Assembly (NCBI GenBank): GCA_016748015.1
Contig: JAAOMT010000029.1
Span: forward strand, 360,896-424,895
Direction: 5' to 3'
DNA from: Geosiphon pyriformis uo1
Lineage: Eukaryota > Fungi > Glomeromycota
DNA length: 64,000 nucleotides
Part shown: piece after piece, positions 39,666-51,500 of the stretch
How the letters are laid out: every line of letters starts with the position of its first letter
Position numbering within the stretch: the stretch's first letter is position 1
Made by a program: the position numbers and the translations under genes
Notes under the pieces: model-generated
Database searches by the model: none
The model's input: the letters and a program-made list of their open reading frames with translations, nothing else
Told to the model about the DNA's origin: nothing

Positions 39666-42600
39666 TTTTTTTTTTTTTTTTTTTTATATTTAATGAGTGA
39701 AATCCAAACACTGCCTAGTGCAATACATTATACAAATAATCTAAACTAGATGTGAATTATGCACTTTCTACACATGACTAGCCACTTAGACCAATTAGGA
39801 CAATACTATACACTTATATGAACAGAAACTTTATTACCTATGCCTGAAAAAAATAAACAAGACTTATGAAAACTGAAACCAACACCAATTGTCTTAGCAA
39901 TACCCAGCAATCTAATCACACTCACTGACAGCACTGAAAGAAGCCCAGAAATCGAGATAGAAACAGATCCATTGCATGGAATAAGTTTATTTTTTTCTAT
40001 AAAAACACAGTGCTTGGCATGAACCAACCAAATATCTTCCCAAAAAAGATGATTAAACTCATGCAGAAAGGCCACAATGTTTTGACTTACCACTTTGGAA
40101 TCCTTAAAAACAGAGACAGATTCACAAAACCAATTCTTGAAAATGAAACCCTTGTACAGAGCAGTGTTGACCAAAATGTCAAACAAACAAGTGAGCAATA
40201 GCTGTAAAACAACTGAAAAAGAACAACCTAGACCGGATTACACTTCCCAAGCTAATACATAAGAGTTCAACAAATATGCACAATCATTGGCATCAAACAA
40301 ACAAGAAAAAACATGGTCTGAGACTTTGACATTACCATAGAACAAACATACTATGCTAAGGTAACTCTTATCATAAAGCCATTTATGCATGGCAACAGAG
40401 AGCCAAAAGTGCAATGCCTTCATAAAATATGTTTGAAAACCAGCAGTCCACTTGCTAGTGAAGCCAGCAGTCATGTGAGAATTCGAATGCCATACCAGCA
40501 AAAATCTGAACCAATCAATATCTGCATACAGACTGTCTACTATCACCCATGAACCAAAACTGATTTCCCAATGTGTATGATAGACTGACTAAAAAACATC
40601 CTGAACAAAATGTCTAGAATTACCAGAAATGGCAGCACCACCAACTCTAAAATAGCATTCATTGATAGAATGCGGCAAAGCCCAGCTAGAAAGAGCCACA
40701 GCTCTGGCCAATTCATTTGCATGCTTATTGCCCAAAACACCCAAATGACCTTTAATCTTATACCAATTAACATTCAAATTCTTACTACAAATGACGTTCA
40801 CAATGTGGCAATATTCAATCCAACACCAATATCTAAAATCCAGGCCAACCAAATCCAACTCTGACTTGCAAGCATCCAAAGCTGCTTGACTGTTTGAAAA
40901 CAAGTTGATTGAGTGAGAAGAAAGGACACACTTGAGAGCTAGAGCAATGGCCTGCAACTCTGTTAAGGTAAAAGACATTAAACCAGAAACTCCCATCCCC
41001 AAACTCATACCAATGTCCTCAAAGAAAACAGCAGCCCCAGCTTTTATATTAACAGATCCCAAGCCACTCAAAGATCCATTCATATAGACAGAAAGGTGAC
41101 CAACATCAGAACACAACAAATTGGCACTAATAGCACTAAACCCACAAGAATGAAGAATATTTGAAAAGTTGTCATTATCTAAAGATGAGAAATAGACAGA
41201 AAGAGAGGATGCACCACCAAGAAATTGAACAGAAAGCTCAAATCAGACAGAAATTAAACCATGTAAGCCCAACTGCTTCCACCACTTGAAGGTTTTCCAA
41301 TCAAAAATAGTCTCACTTCAGTCAAGTAGCTGTTTCACAAAGGCAATTCTATAACACTAAAGTGAAGAGACACACTTAAAATAGGTTGATTCACCAAGAA
41401 TACTAGACATAAGGGTTCCACTCCAATGACAAAAAGCATTGATCAGGGAGCCACCCAAGGACAAATTACTCTCAGAGAAAATACGCACCATACCAGCCAA
41501 AAAATTATTCAGAAAGTTGACCTTAACATGAACTGGGTACTGCAAAGGATGAAGTAGACACCAGTAGAGAACCTGAAAATCATGTAACCAGTGAGAAAAT
41601 AGATGACCCAAAATACCAACAGAGTTCGTGAAAGAAATAACTAAGGCCAATTTATTCTCAGCCTGAATTTGTTCAAAAGTCTTTAAACCATACAGAAAAA
41701 GATGATGAATTGCATCACTAGAAAAGTTACATGGCAGGCCAAACTTAGATTTCAAGTCCTTACAAATCAGAGTGTCCCACTTTTTACAAGCACTGACAGG
41801 AACATAACTGAATTGTGTTCTATAATCAATGATAGAAAAGAGGACTACTAAAACTAAATATGAAAACTGCTTATTAGATACTGTCTTCTTAAGGACCAGA
41901 TTAGCAAAAAACCAGACATCAGAATGTGCTTTGGCCAAGTTAGGTTTGAAAAGACTCTCAGTCGACAGATAAATCTCTAAATAGTAATGCAATTCCTCTC
42001 TTTTGGCAATAGAAATAGGTGACCCACTAATTAACAAGAAAGAATCCACAATCTTACAATTGATGAGAATGACCACAGTCTTATCATTATTAATTGAAAT
42101 ATTATTGATATCAAAAAATTCACTAGCAATATTAAGAATGTGCTGTGTAGTATTTTGACTGCTGCCAACCCATATAGTATTATTAATAAAGACATCCACA
42201 GTAAAAAAAAAGGAAAAACCAGCCCAAGATTCAGCACAACCACATCTAGAAATAAAGTAAGAATTCAACCTATATCTACATTCATCTGCCTGTTTCTTGA
42301 CTTCACACAGAAGAGGATCATAAAATATGCACCAAAAGAGTGGTGAGAACATCTCCCTCTGGTCCAAACTATTATGCACTCTGTATCCATTTGTCAAACC
42401 AAAATCTGTTATTACCCTATTGATGCAATCATTATGAATATTACCAAAAAATCTAATAAACCTGCTATACATCTTTATCCTAACCAAACTGTTTTGAAGA
42501 TGCTCCCACCCAACAGAATTATAAACCTTTCACATGTTCTGCAAAACCAACCAGAGTTTACAATCCTTCTTCAAAGTATCTTCAACCACTGAACCAATGG

Positions 42601-45600
42601 CAAAAATAAGTGACTGCATTGTCATACTCCTTAGGACCGAAAAATTGTCCCCACACAAAACATCAAAAATACTACATGCCAATGAAATTCTATCCAAGAG
42701 AATTTTGGAAAGGATCTTGCAGGCAGTTTCAATCAAGGCAATAGGTTAGATGTTCGTGAGAACTCCATTCTATTTATACAGCTTAGGAATCATCGATACC
42801 TAAGCTTTCTTTCAAGCACTAAGTACTGATTCATGGATCAAACAAGAGTTTAAAAGCACCAAAAGCATATCCAAAATTGATTTATCACAATGTTTCTAAA
42901 GTTCATTTGAAATCTCAAAGAAACCAGCAGCTTTACCCTCGGGAAGTTCAGAAATCACACTGAGCAACTCATCAACACTAACAGAACACATCATGTCAAA
43001 AAAGACACTATCGAAAACATACTCCAGAGGCCGGTATTGGCATGATCATTCATCTGAGATGTCAGGCATAACCCTGCACTTCCTGGTTCAATCTTTTATA
43101 ATTCCATCCACCTTAGATTTAACTAGACTTGGCTCCAATACCAATTCATTATCTACAACCAAATGATCCAGTACCACCTTGCAAAAGGAGCACTCCAAAA
43201 CACTCCTGATGGTATGACTCTTATCTGATTCAAAACTTTCCATTTTCTTATTAATAGTTGCCTTGATACATGCTTCCTCAGCACACCTGAATTTCAGCAA
43301 CTTAAAAGAGTGATAAGATTTCCTCACCTTAGCCAAAGCCAAGTGAATTGTGTTGAAATTAGAACCTGAAAGAAATAAAGACTTTACCACTAATGCACTA
43401 TTAGCATTGAGCCCATACCACATATCCAACAATAAAGCAAATTCCACACTAGAAACCAAGTAAGAAGTCTTAACCAGCTTAAACGCCAGCAACTCCAGCC
43501 TATAAAACCTTGAGGAATCTTTGGTAAAAACCCCATCAAAATTCTTGAACCATTTCTTTCTAAATATCTTATTAGCTAAAAGAGTCATTATTTTGCATAA
43601 GACATTTTACATGATATCCAAATCTGAGAGTTGTACAGTGGCAGTGAACTCATTGGCAAACATTTCAGCATTGGCTGAAGTAGCATCTTTAAAACTTTTC
43701 CATTTACTGTCATCAGCACCCCTGAAATCAAACTTCCAACAATTCCTATTAGTCTGTCTATAAAAAGAGTTTAATTGAGTATCCAGCAGACTGCCCAGGC
43801 CCATAGAAACAAAAACTACCCAATAATCAATGTTGAAATGTTCACTCATATTCACAACATTGCAATTCACTATTGCATTGACCAAATTAGATAAAACTAG
43901 CACAAAATCAATTGTTTTTTTCACACCTCTTGAATTTTCTCATGTAAAACTTTTCATTATTGGGCTATCTAACAAAGAGTTGACCAGTCCCAAGTCTAGA
44001 CATCTTTTAAAACTTGCATTCTTATGCAAACCGTTCTTATTGAAATCACCACTCAAAACAATAAAAAAAAATTCATTAACAGTCTTAGCAATAAGAGAAT
44101 TGACTTTACCAGTCTGAGAGAACCAAACCATTGAAAAAGCACCAGCATATAGCCCCAAAATAGATACAGAAAGTTTATTCTTGAAAAGCAACTTAATAGA
44201 CAGGAGCCAACCAGGCACCTCAGAAACTTTGCACACATGTCTTACTAAAGAAATATCCATGACAATTGCAACACCAGAGCCCACATGACCAGAATTCAAA
44301 CCAAAAGTGAACACCCAGATACTATCAAACTTATTTATGATCCATAGGCGAATTTTACCCTTTAACTTGGTTTCAGTAACAATAGAAATCAAATTGTTTG
44401 TCTCCTTATGCCAATGAATTATATCATTCTGTTTCATAGAATTGTTCATGCCCCTTATATTGCACATGGCAATCTTCTAAACCAAGACACTCATTAAGAA
44501 ATAGAGGCAGCCAATGAATCCAAACCTGAGCACAAACAATCCAATTTTTCCAAAACAGATTCAACCAAGACTTTCAAAGCCACCATCTTGGATTCTAAAC
44601 CACCAATTTTGGTAGTCAAAACTTTAGAACTACTTAGACTTATGATGGGAGCTGTATCACTGATGACAGGAGGAAAGGGATTGGGAATTACTGAAGCACT
44701 ATCCAATATCATATTTAAATCTAAACCTGAAACTACAGACACTAGAACTGCTGGAGGAGAAGCATCAGATGTAGTCACCAAAGGCACCAATTTTATAAAA
44801 CCCAATTTTTCCAAAATACCAGAAACTTGGTCAGCCAAAAGTTCTAGAGAGCATTTCAAAGAAGCCAAACAACCATACATGTTGTTACTGGAGGTTTTTG
44901 GTCTTTTCTTAGCTCTTGTATGTTTGTTGTAATGCTGTTAATTCACGATTATGGGAAGTGTTTGAACCTCCAATAACTGAATTTATCTTCAAATTATCTC
45001 CTATAATTTGAACTGCTGGACTTATAAGTAGAATGGCCAATTCTGTGCCAGTTACTTTGTATAGTTACGTTGTAGTAAACGTCAACTCTTTCCCAGGAAT
45101 TGCTTGTCTGGAAGCTCACTAAAAATGTGTAGTTACTTTGCTGTGAAAGTCAACTCTTCTACAGGAATTCTTGTCTGTAGAATACCCAAATGATTTATAA
45201 TAAGAAAAGAAAAAGAATAAAGGAAATATAAAAAAAAAAGTAAAACTGATGATTTATGGAAGTCATTTCGGATCCAGACCTGGAAGTGCTTTAACAGTCT
45301 ACTGAAATTAGTAGCTAATCAATTTCAAACTGTTAGTAGAAATTGGTTAATTTCAAGGGAAATAATTTAAGAATTTGGCTTTTCGAATTTATTTGATATT
45401 TATTTTGTTTTTGTGTGTAAAGGATGATTCTAATTATTAAATCTGAAGTAAGATACATTTTTTCGAAGAGAGAAGCTCTTCTTTTATACAACTTGTTGTA
45501 ACACTATTCTATGAACTTAAACTTTGCTATTTTCTATAATTTTGCTGAACTAAAGATACATTTCAGTGAACTACAAGTTATTTCTGCAAACTATTAGATA

Positions 45601-47566
45601 TTTCAGTGAACTATCAATTATTTCGGCAAATTTCTTATAAATTTTGGTGAACTTTTTGAATGTTACATAGTTTGGGGTATTGCATAATTGATCATCACAA
45701 TTAGGTTTCATTTGTGTTATGCACAAATTGAGTTATTAATTAAATGATAATTTCGGATATTTTGCTAATGTAATAAGTAATAATTTGAAACAATAATGTA
45801 TGCTAATTAATGATAAGATTTATAAGGGTAATTTCATGTTAAACAATATCTCTAATTTTGTCTGGTAACAACATCATGATTGCCAGACAAAGCAGAAGCA
45901 AATAGAGAAGTCTCAGCAACAAGGGACAGACTGGCACCAAAAGAAACCAAAGGAGCCACATGAGAAGATAAACTACCAGCTACCTGAGCCCAAGTTTTAC
46001 CACCAAAAAAAACTGGACAGGCAATAGGAGCTTGTTTCTTCTTATAAATACCAGCCAGACAAACCCAATCCTGGTTAGTCACCACTTACTTCCCACAAGC
46101 TTCAGAAATCTCACCAAATAAATATGCATCAGAGATGTGACTAATTTGTTTGTATTTGGTGCAACAAGCCAGAGAAAAACCAGCTTATCACAAATTTACA
46201 CTCTTAAAAACTGAATTAGAACCAATTGCAGTGAACTTTGATTCTTCATCAGTAAAACAAACCACAGCACATTTGTCATGGACATAAGAACTAGGATTGT
46301 GACCAATAAAACAGGTCTTCTCACCATATAAATCAAGTAAACCAGACAAATCATGAGCAGTAGTGCCAACTGGCAAAATATAAAACAAAGCCCTATGCTG
46401 ATCTCTGAACACCCACGATTGTTTATTTTTAACAGCCAATACCACCTGCACAGAATCCTTTTCCATGAGAACAGACTATTTAGAACTAACCAAACTAGTC
46501 ACCTCCAGTAATTCAAACTTAACCAAAGCTTTCTGCCATAAACCAATCAATTGTATTTTAATAGACACAATCTTATTAAACTTAGCAAAAACTGACTCAA
46601 CTGCTGATCTGAAAAAATCTACTGGAATTTTTTTGACAATTATTTCCTAATTTGAATGAATATCCAACTTTCTAACATTATTATTTACTAAAATTTTTCC
46701 ATAAATTGCCAATTCCTTAGTCTTGTTAAGACTCAACTCAGAAGTAAAGGAGGATCTGATGATCCCTAGGAATTTTGAGGGAGTAGAAGCTTCCCCAAAA
46801 CCATTCACATGATAAAAAATTTTTTTAATTAAAATTAATTTCTTACTAATATTTTTCCCTGGAACAGCTGAAAGCTCAATATTTAATGCAAATGATTTTA
46901 CTGGCTCGAAGCTCCTTTTTTTCAAAACATTTAATTTGGTACTCGGCAGCTGATTAGAACCTTGAAACTTGGAAGATGGGAGTTCCAAAACATCATTGAC
47001 ATCATTTATAACATTGAAAGAAGGCTTCTTTGATGGTTGTCTCAGAACATACATCCTTATTTGTGTCTTCCTTGAAGTCATATCATCCACTATATTGTCA
47101 GCTTTAAAATCGTTGGAATCTATGTAACTTATTTTTTCTGTCACCATATTACCCATGTTTTCTAAGTCAGACACTCCACTAACACTAACATTTTCGCTCT
47201 CCACTTTGCTGTTCCAAGACACCTTTCATTCCAAATTGCCAGCTTGTAAAACATCACCAGAAATAGGACTAGCTGACGAATTGACCACACCACTAGCATT
47301 TCCAGGAATTTTAGATTTCTTGTACAAAAGACCACAAGAATATACACTCTCAATATGCACTTTTTTATTATTATTAGACCAGGTCCTCAACCCAGCCAAA
47401 ATGGAACTAGAACCACTAGCAGAGAAGCCTACCAGTTTTATTGCAACAAAAGGAAGAAAATTGGAAGGAATAATTAGAAAAAAAACAGAAGGTAAAAAAG
47501 AAAAGAACTAATTAAAACTTCAGTAAAATTTACTCTTATCATGGTCAGGGGATCGACAAGAAAGAG
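39666..47566 (-). mobile_element. Full-length decayed LINE-a (ORF1 47441-44491 split by a solo LTR; ORF2 44494-39806 APE-RT-RNase H-ZnF; poly-A tail)
   Basis: CNIRG/ETKLK/GDFN endonuclease, RT motifs, YMNGS..ELQAI RNase H; T20 at 39666-39685. Confidence 0.92.
44883..45870 (-). repeat. Solo LTR (A family) inserted in LINE-a ORF1
   Basis: Termini tgttactgg...tggtaaca; flanks atgt/acat, both one step from ACGT. Removing the LTR and one TSD copy restores the ORF1 frame (GNHDVYGCL). Confidence 0.93.
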
Positions 47567-47899
47567 TTTTTTTTTTAATAAATTTTATATTTTATCTTAA
47601 AATTTGTTATTTTTTTGTATAAATTACAAATTATTTGGTTAAAAACACTAATATTTTTATTAATTTTAGTTTTCAAAAAAAAAGTATTAATTAACTTAAT
47701 AATTAAAACAATCAAAATATTAATAAGTTTAATAATAAATCAAATTAGCAAAATTAATACAATTAATTTAAATATTAAAAAAATTAATTTAAGATTAATT
47801 AAAAATTTATTATAGTAATAATAGCAAAAAAAACAACAAAAAAAACAATAGAATAAAAATTTTAACATAAAATTTAGTACTAATAAAATAAAATTTTAA

Positions 47900-48575
47900 A
47901 TTTTAAAACCAATTACAGATTTAAATAAAAATTTCAAAAAAAATTAAACCATTGTTATTTATAAAGTAAAATAAAAAAAATTCTAAAAATTTCAAAAGTT
48001 TTGTATTACAAAAATTTATATATATATAACAAAAGTATTAAAAACAAAAAAAACAAACAAATTAAATTAAAGACAAATTTAATTTTTATCTTATTAAATA
48101 ACTTTTTTAGTTAACAATCTAATATTTAAAGCTTACAATTATATAAAATAAATTTATTAAAATATATTATCTAAAAGATAACTTTATAAGTTTTTATTTA
48201 TTTTATTAAAATTTAATTACTTTTTTATTAATATTAATAGTATTAATACAATATTATTAATTATATTAAAACAATAACTCTTAATTATAATTATTAACAA
48301 AATATTAATTTTTATTTAATTTTTTTTGTTTGTTTTGTGTTTACTAATTAATTAAAAAAAGTAATAAGATTATAATATTAAAAATTATTTAATAAAAAAC
48401 ATGAAAAAAAGCATAAAATATAATTAAAAAATTAAAATTGTTTATTAAAAAAATAAAAAACATTAAAATAAACCAATTATTATACCAAAAAAGTTAAATA
48501 TTGAGTATTATTTACTATTATATTAAATTTTTGTCTATTATATAAAAAACTTTATTATTAAAACTTTCAAAAAAT
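47900..48575 (+). repeat. 'Ghost' B/C-family LTR almost stripped of G and C (left boundary approximate)
   Basis: tatatatataacaaaagtattaaaaacaaaa corresponds to tatatatagtggtagcattagaagtagaa; tgtctattatataaaaaactttatt..aaaactttcaa corresponds to tgtctattatacaaaaaactccacaatgaaactttcag. Confidence 0.65.
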
Positions 48576-48589
48576 TTTAAAGAAAAAAA

Positions 48590-51500
48590 CCCTTTCTTTC
48601 GTTGATCACTCAGTCACAACGAAAGCATTGAGTCGTCACTGAAATAGCCTTCCTTTTCTCTTTCCCCTTCATTTTTCTCTAGTTATTTCTTCGGACATTC
48701 CCCCTTTTGTTGCTATGGAACCAGTAGGCTTTGCTGCTGGTGGTTCTGGGTCTGTTTCGGCTGGGTTGGAGATCTGGTTTGGTGTCAAAAATAAGCATTC
48801 GGTTGGTTTTCATTCTCGCAGTATGTCTTATAAGAAGCTGAAGAAACCTGTGGCAGTTGACGGGTTGGTGGAGTCGTCTGCTGGTGTCTCAAATGTTATG
48901 GATGAAAGTGGTGATGGACCTATCATTGGGTGATTGTGGGCTAGTAAAGTCAACAGTGAGATGGACAGCGTGAGTGGCATCTCAGACTTGGATAACGTGG
49001 AAAATGTCGTCACTGAGGAAACTTGCTATGCAGAATTAGATGTTTCAGGTTTGAATGATGACATGAATAATGCCATGCCAAGGAAGACGCGTACTCGCAC
49101 CTATGTTCTGGACAGTAAGCTGCCACCTCTCTCTTTCAATGTTCCAAGTGATGGTGAGGATACTTTGCCTCTCCCGAGTCCCAAATTTTATGGATCCAAT
49201 TGCCTTCCTTCAGTCAGGTCATGTGCACCAGAGAAATGGAATTTTAATTCGTCAAAGTCGTTTGCTTTAGATATTGAGCTATCTGCCATTCCTGGCAAAA
49301 CTATTAATGATAAATTGATCGGTTTAAAAAAAATTTTTTATCGTGTTGATGGGTTTGGGAGAGCCTCAACTCCCTCAAAATTTCTAAGGATCATCAGATT
49401 CTTATTTACTTCTGAAATTAGTTTAAATAAGGCTAGGNNNNNNNNNNNNNNNNNNNNTCTGCTGGTGTCTCAAATGTTATGGATGAAAGTGGTGATGGAC
49501 CTATCATTGGGTGATTGTGGGCTAGTAAAGTCAACAGTGAGATGGACAGCGTGAGTGGCATCTCAGACTTGGATAACGTGGAAAATGTCGTCACTGAGGA
49601 AACTTGCTATGCAGAATTAGATGTTTCAGGTTTGAATGATGACATGAATAATGCCATGCCAAGGAAGACGCGTACTCGCACCTATGTTCTGGACAGTAAG
49701 CTGCCACCTCTCTCTTTCAATGTTCCAAGTGATGGTGAGGATACTTTGCCTCTCCCGAGTCCCAAATTTTATGGATCCAATTGCCTTCCTTCAGTCAGGT
49801 CATGTGCACCAGAGAAATGGAATTTTAATTCGTCAAAGTCGTTTGCTTTAGATATTGAGCTATCTGCCATTCCTGGCAAAACTATTAATGATAAATTGAT
49901 CGGTTTAAAAAAAATTTTTTATCGTGTTGATGGGTTTGGGAGAGCCTCAACTCCCTCAAAATTTCTAAGGATCATCAGATTCTTATTTACTTCTGAAATT
50001 AGTTTAAATAAGGCTAGGGAATTGGCAATCGGTGAGAAAATTTTAGTCAATAATGATCTGAGAAAATCAAGTGTTCATTCAGATCAGGGAGTGATTGTCA
50101 AGGAAATCCCAGTGAATCTTCCCAAATTGGCGATTGAGGCAGTGTTCTCCAAGTTTGGCAAGATTATTTCAATCAAAATGCAGCTTATTGGTCTTTGGCA
50201 AAAGGCCCTAGTGGAATATAAATCATCTAAGATAGCTGATTTGGTCGCGGTTAGATGGTTTGTGTTCATGGGAAAAGATTCTGTTCATGTGGCAAAGACA
50301 AGTGTTGATAAACAAACGTGAGTATCTAGGGATCAGCATCAGGCATTGCTTTACACTCTTCCAGTTGGCACCACTGCCCATGATTTGTCTGCATTGGTGG
50401 AGGCCTATGGTGGGAAAACTTGTTTTATTGGCCGTAATCCATCTTCATATATTTATGATCAGTGTGCTGTGATCTGTTTTGAGAATGAGACATCCAAATT
50501 GGCTGCTATTGGTTTGGTTCTGGTTTTTAAGGTTGTGAGTTTGCATTGGGCTGGTTTATCTTTGGCCTGTTGTGTAGTATATAAACAATTCAGTCATGTT
50601 TCTGATGTTTGTTCTATGGGTGGGAATTCTGGTGCTTGCAGTAAGCAGGTAGTAACTTCTCAGGATCAGGTTCATCTAGCTAATGTATATAAGAGAAAAC
50701 AGACTCTTATCACTCACCCAATTTTCTTTGGTGACAAGACATGGGCCCAAATTGCTAGTGGCACTTCCTCTTGTGTGGTTTCTTCGGGTCTTTTTTCTGT
50801 TGGTGCTAGTTTCAGTGCAGGTTCTGCCTTGGTAAAATCCTCCCCTTCTGATATCTCTGGTTTGTGCAGTCAGTTGGCAATTTTGGAACACTCTTTGGAG
50901 CTTTTGGCAGACCGAGTTTCTGCCATTGCGAAGAAACTGAGTTGTGTTGAGATGATATCCTTGGAGTCTTCTTCTCTAGCCTTTCATCCCATTGCGTCTG
51001 CTTCTCTGGCCTCATACGTGGATTTGGATATGGCACTGAACGTTCTGTTGGTGGCCTCTCCTTCTCTTTGCCCTACCGTTGATGATGCCAATCCTGATTT
51101 TGGTTCCAGTAGTTCGAAGGTTCTAACTGCCAAGGTTGGTGGTTTGGAGTCAAAGTTGATGGCTTTGGATGCATCAGTCGGCTCAGTGTTGGCAAGACTG
51201 GATATGTTGTGTTCTGGTTTGGGTTCTTCGGTTCTCTCATCTTCTCAATGACCGGTTTTATTTGGAAGGTTGCTACATGTAATGTTCAAGGCATGAATAT
51301 TCCTGCGAAACAAAAAGATATAATTCATTGGCACAAGGACATGAGAAATTTGGTTTTTATTTTTACTGAAACAAAGTTGAAAGATAGGGTTCGTCCCTGG
51401 ATTGCCAACAAGTTTGATGGTGTTTGAGTGTTTTCCTTTGGTTTGGATTCTGGTTATCTGGGTGCTGGTGTGGTGGTTGTCATAGACTCTTCTTTGGCAA

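Noticed and set aside
48877-50018. Apparent tandem duplication of LINE ORF1
   Set aside because: An exact 561-bp copy on either side of a 20-N gap, in DNA where real repeats differ by several percent, is an unmerged contig overlap.
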